From the NCBI GenBank assembly GCA_038496445.1, contig JALMLS010000075.1:124001-188000 (forward strand): a DNA stretch of 64,000 bases, read 5' to 3'. The translations under genes and the position numbers were made by a program. Under the pieces are notes generated by a model. The model saw nothing but the letters and a program-made list of their open reading frames with translations, ran no database searches and was not told the origin of the DNA. This document shows, one piece after another, positions 61,315 to 64,000 of the stretch. Within the stretch, counting starts at the first letter, position 1. The number at the start of each line of letters is the position of its first letter. Source of the DNA: Trichosphaerium sp. ATCC 40318 (taxonomy: Eukaryota; Protista; Tubulinea).

Positions 61315-64000
61315 TTATTTTGGTAACAACAGTTGTGTACAAATTTCAGCCATTGGCGGCCTGTCTTCTGGTGTGAAGCTCCAACATGCTTTCATCAAGC
61401 TTCTATACTTTACAGGTGTACATTCTTCGTTAACAGGTGGTGTGGCACCTTTTTCTCGTATATCCAGTGCCAACTGTAACAAATCGTTTCTATCGCGCCA
61501 TGGTGGCTGTTCATGGAAAATTTCGAACTATCACGTGTTAATAAAAAACTTCAAATTATCTCTACGTACAAGTAAACAAGCAAAAGACCAAACATCTGAA
61601 CTCTTCGAGTACTCTCTTCTCATGTTTTCTGGTGCCATCCATCTATTTTAAAAAAGTAGTGTAAGTTAAAGCTCGATGAGTTTTGAAATAAAAAAGTAAG
61701 TTCGATGTACTTGATTGGTCCTGTTGTATTCCTTGTTGCTCCTTTTGATTGTTGTTCTTGAAGCGTTCGAGACATACCAAAATCGCTTATCTTGGGAACG
61801 TTACGTTCATCTAGTAGAACATTCCGTGCAGCAAGATCGCTTTAAAGACAATTATGTTAAAATATTATTATTTGAATAAAAAGAAAAAAGTTACCGGTGT
61901 ATGATACCCTCTTGGTGAAGATGGTGTAAACCTTTTGCTGTGCCTATAATGATACTTTTCTTCTCTTCTAAAGATAACGAAACATCACTCTCAAACAAAA
62001 GTGTATCCAGAGATCCACCTAAGCATTCAACTTTCAGGAACTATTATTTCAAAAAAACTCATACCTGCCATGAAGTCCATTACTACAAGGTATGACATTG
62101 TAGATTCGTTTTTACATACACCAAAAACCTGAATACGATATTAAATTAGTTGCGCAGAACTATAGAAGTTGTCTTGAGCGTACGCGAACTACGTTGTTAT
62201 GAGGTCTCATTTCTACCATTAGTTTTACTTCAGCAATAAACTCGTCTACTCCGCTAACATCAGAACAGAACTTGACAGCAACATCATTAAATCGCCAAGT
62301 GGCTTTCCGGACAATACCAAAACTACCTGGATCGAATAATTACAACTTTTGCTAACCAAGAAGAGACGCACCCGCTCCAAGCTTTTTGCCAAGTTGTAAC
62401 TCAGAATAATCTAAGAACCAGTTTTTCGCAACCAGTGTTGATAGTGCCATAGGTCTACTAGGTTCTCTGGTAATCCCTGGTTCTTGAATTGTACCTCCTG
62501 TTATGTGTGTTTCAACACGTGCATATTGATCATTGTCTAGATCTTCAGTGTGGGTTTCAACACTAGCTACTTTTCTTTCTTTAAGTTCTTCTGAGCTGCT
62601 ACTTTCTTTTGCGTCCATTGTTTTGTATCTAGACGAATCCTTCTTCTGTGGCATTGTATTTTTATTCTACACACTAAATTAGAGGAGTCAAAGTTACTTT
62701 GATAAAAATCATACGTGTTGCTTGAAGTACAGAAACAGTACTACTAAAAGAACGACCAACAAAATGAACACAAGCGCAATAACCAGTCCAATGATTATAT
62801 ACAAAGAGCTATTATTACTTGGGGTTTCTTCTTGTGCAGGCGATTGTGGAGAACTTGTTGAAGTAGGTTGTATTGTAGTCGCTATTGTTGGAGAATCCGC
62901 AGGTGGTGACTCACCTGGGTTTGCCGAAGCTTCTCCAGTATCTAATTTTGTTTAAGTCGTGCTTATGTTTTGTTGACACTTTCTGACGTACTATCGCACT
63001 CATTTAGCGTAACTCCTATGGCTAGGAATGTAGCTGCTCCATCAAATATTTCTTCGCACGTTGTTCTATAAAATTCGTCTATTGGTGGCTGCGTGACTAA
63101 GGCAGAATGTAAATTTAAGTGATATTTGTGTGTAGAGAAAAGTCTAAGTCTTTAGTTGTCTTACTGCCGTTTAGGTTGATTTGAAGAACGTAATCAGTTA
63201 TTTGACGTTTTAAAGCCCCAGTTCGAAAGATCACTCTTTCAAAGCTTGACTCTTGTTGGTCTGGAAATAATTTTGCTATCGCTGAAATAAGACTTGTAAC
63301 ATTTTCATCTGTAAATCCTGAAGTTGCTTCGAACGCTATGACAACTACAAATAAACATAAATACTAGCTTAAAGAAAAGTTGTAATCAAAGAAACAGTAT
63401 AATAAAGATGTAGGGAGCCACCAAAAAAGGTAACAATTAATCATAAAAGTATGATCATACTTGGAAAAGTTTCGCAGTCTGCCACAGCTGCAAGTGTCAA
63501 GTCATGATCTGTTTCAATGGTTAAGAAAGCTATTTCTTCAAGTTTGCTATTTGTGTCATCCACCACGTAGGAAGTGATCTGCGGTATAAATCAGTTCAAA
63601 ACGACTTAGCACAAATTCTCAATTAATTCTCAAAATAATTCCACTATTTCACGCACTGTCTTCTTGCTTGCGATATAAATGTAATCTACTGCGCTATGCT
63701 AAATTATCATGGTTATTTTGCATTCAATTATACAATATATGCTAACACTAACCGTCTCTGCAGTGATTGAAGTACAGTCTGTCAAGTCGGTAGAGAACGT
63801 TATGTTTTTTGTGATATCGCGTAAGAAATCACCATTGGGTCCTGTGAGGCAAACATATATACTTCCACCAGCTTTACAATTAACTAAATAAGTTCATAGC
63901 ATCGAACAAAGTTACGCACTTTGTACAACAGCTCTAATCTGCAGGCCCTCGTCAGTAAAGTCTGCGTCGGTTATTGTGTTATCAAAGTTCCCATCTTTGT
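61315..64000 (-). CDS. Receptor-type TKL / tyrosine-kinase-like protein kinase; 5' end outside the window
   Basis: TM 'IIIGLVIALVFILLVVLLVVLFLYF'; LGAGSFG, VAVK, HRDLAARN, DFG, GPIKWMAPE, SDVWSF, CW...PEDRP. Confidence 0.93.

Noticed and set aside
1-64000. Alternative genetic code or stop-codon readthrough to explain the fragmented ORFs
   Set aside because: Conserved genes (ARF, cofilin, SDR) assemble cleanly with ordinary introns, and TAA, TAG and TGA are all used as stops.
1-64000. U12-type (minor) introns
   Set aside because: No RTATCCTT donors or intronic TCCTTAAC branch sites were seen in the introns I resolved.

Overview
Gene-dense, AT-rich (roughly 35% GC by eye) eukaryotic nuclear DNA using the standard genetic code. 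Introns are many and short (mostly about 30-120 nt; donors dominated by GTACG/GTAAG/GTGCG), so the ORF track shows only exon fragments. I assembled about 28 gene models by hand from splice signals and reading frame. Gene content (dcd1-like C45 hydrolase, HRDLAARN/GPIKWMAPE receptor kinase, expansin-like protein, GH81) suggests a free-living protist, probably an amoebozoan; this is an inference. I found no tRNA, rRNA, CRISPR array or intact transposon. Highlights: (1) a secreted-type GH81 beta-1,3-glucanase whose N-terminal domain is interrupted in frame by a 251-codon, five-exon, six-TM cytochrome-b561-like module that keeps only the outer-face heme His pair; (2) a SAM-like/globin/PH-like/DEP protein; (3) a cluster of intron-poor F-box-like genes with LRR or MORN-variant repeats resembling giant-virus genes; (4) recurrent GC-AG introns that all begin GCACG, plus strong enrichment of CACGTG; (5) bacterial-type proteins (CnoX/YbbN, CbxX/CfxQ AAA+) with mitochondrial-like presequences. 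All splice models are manual predictions that need RNA-seq.
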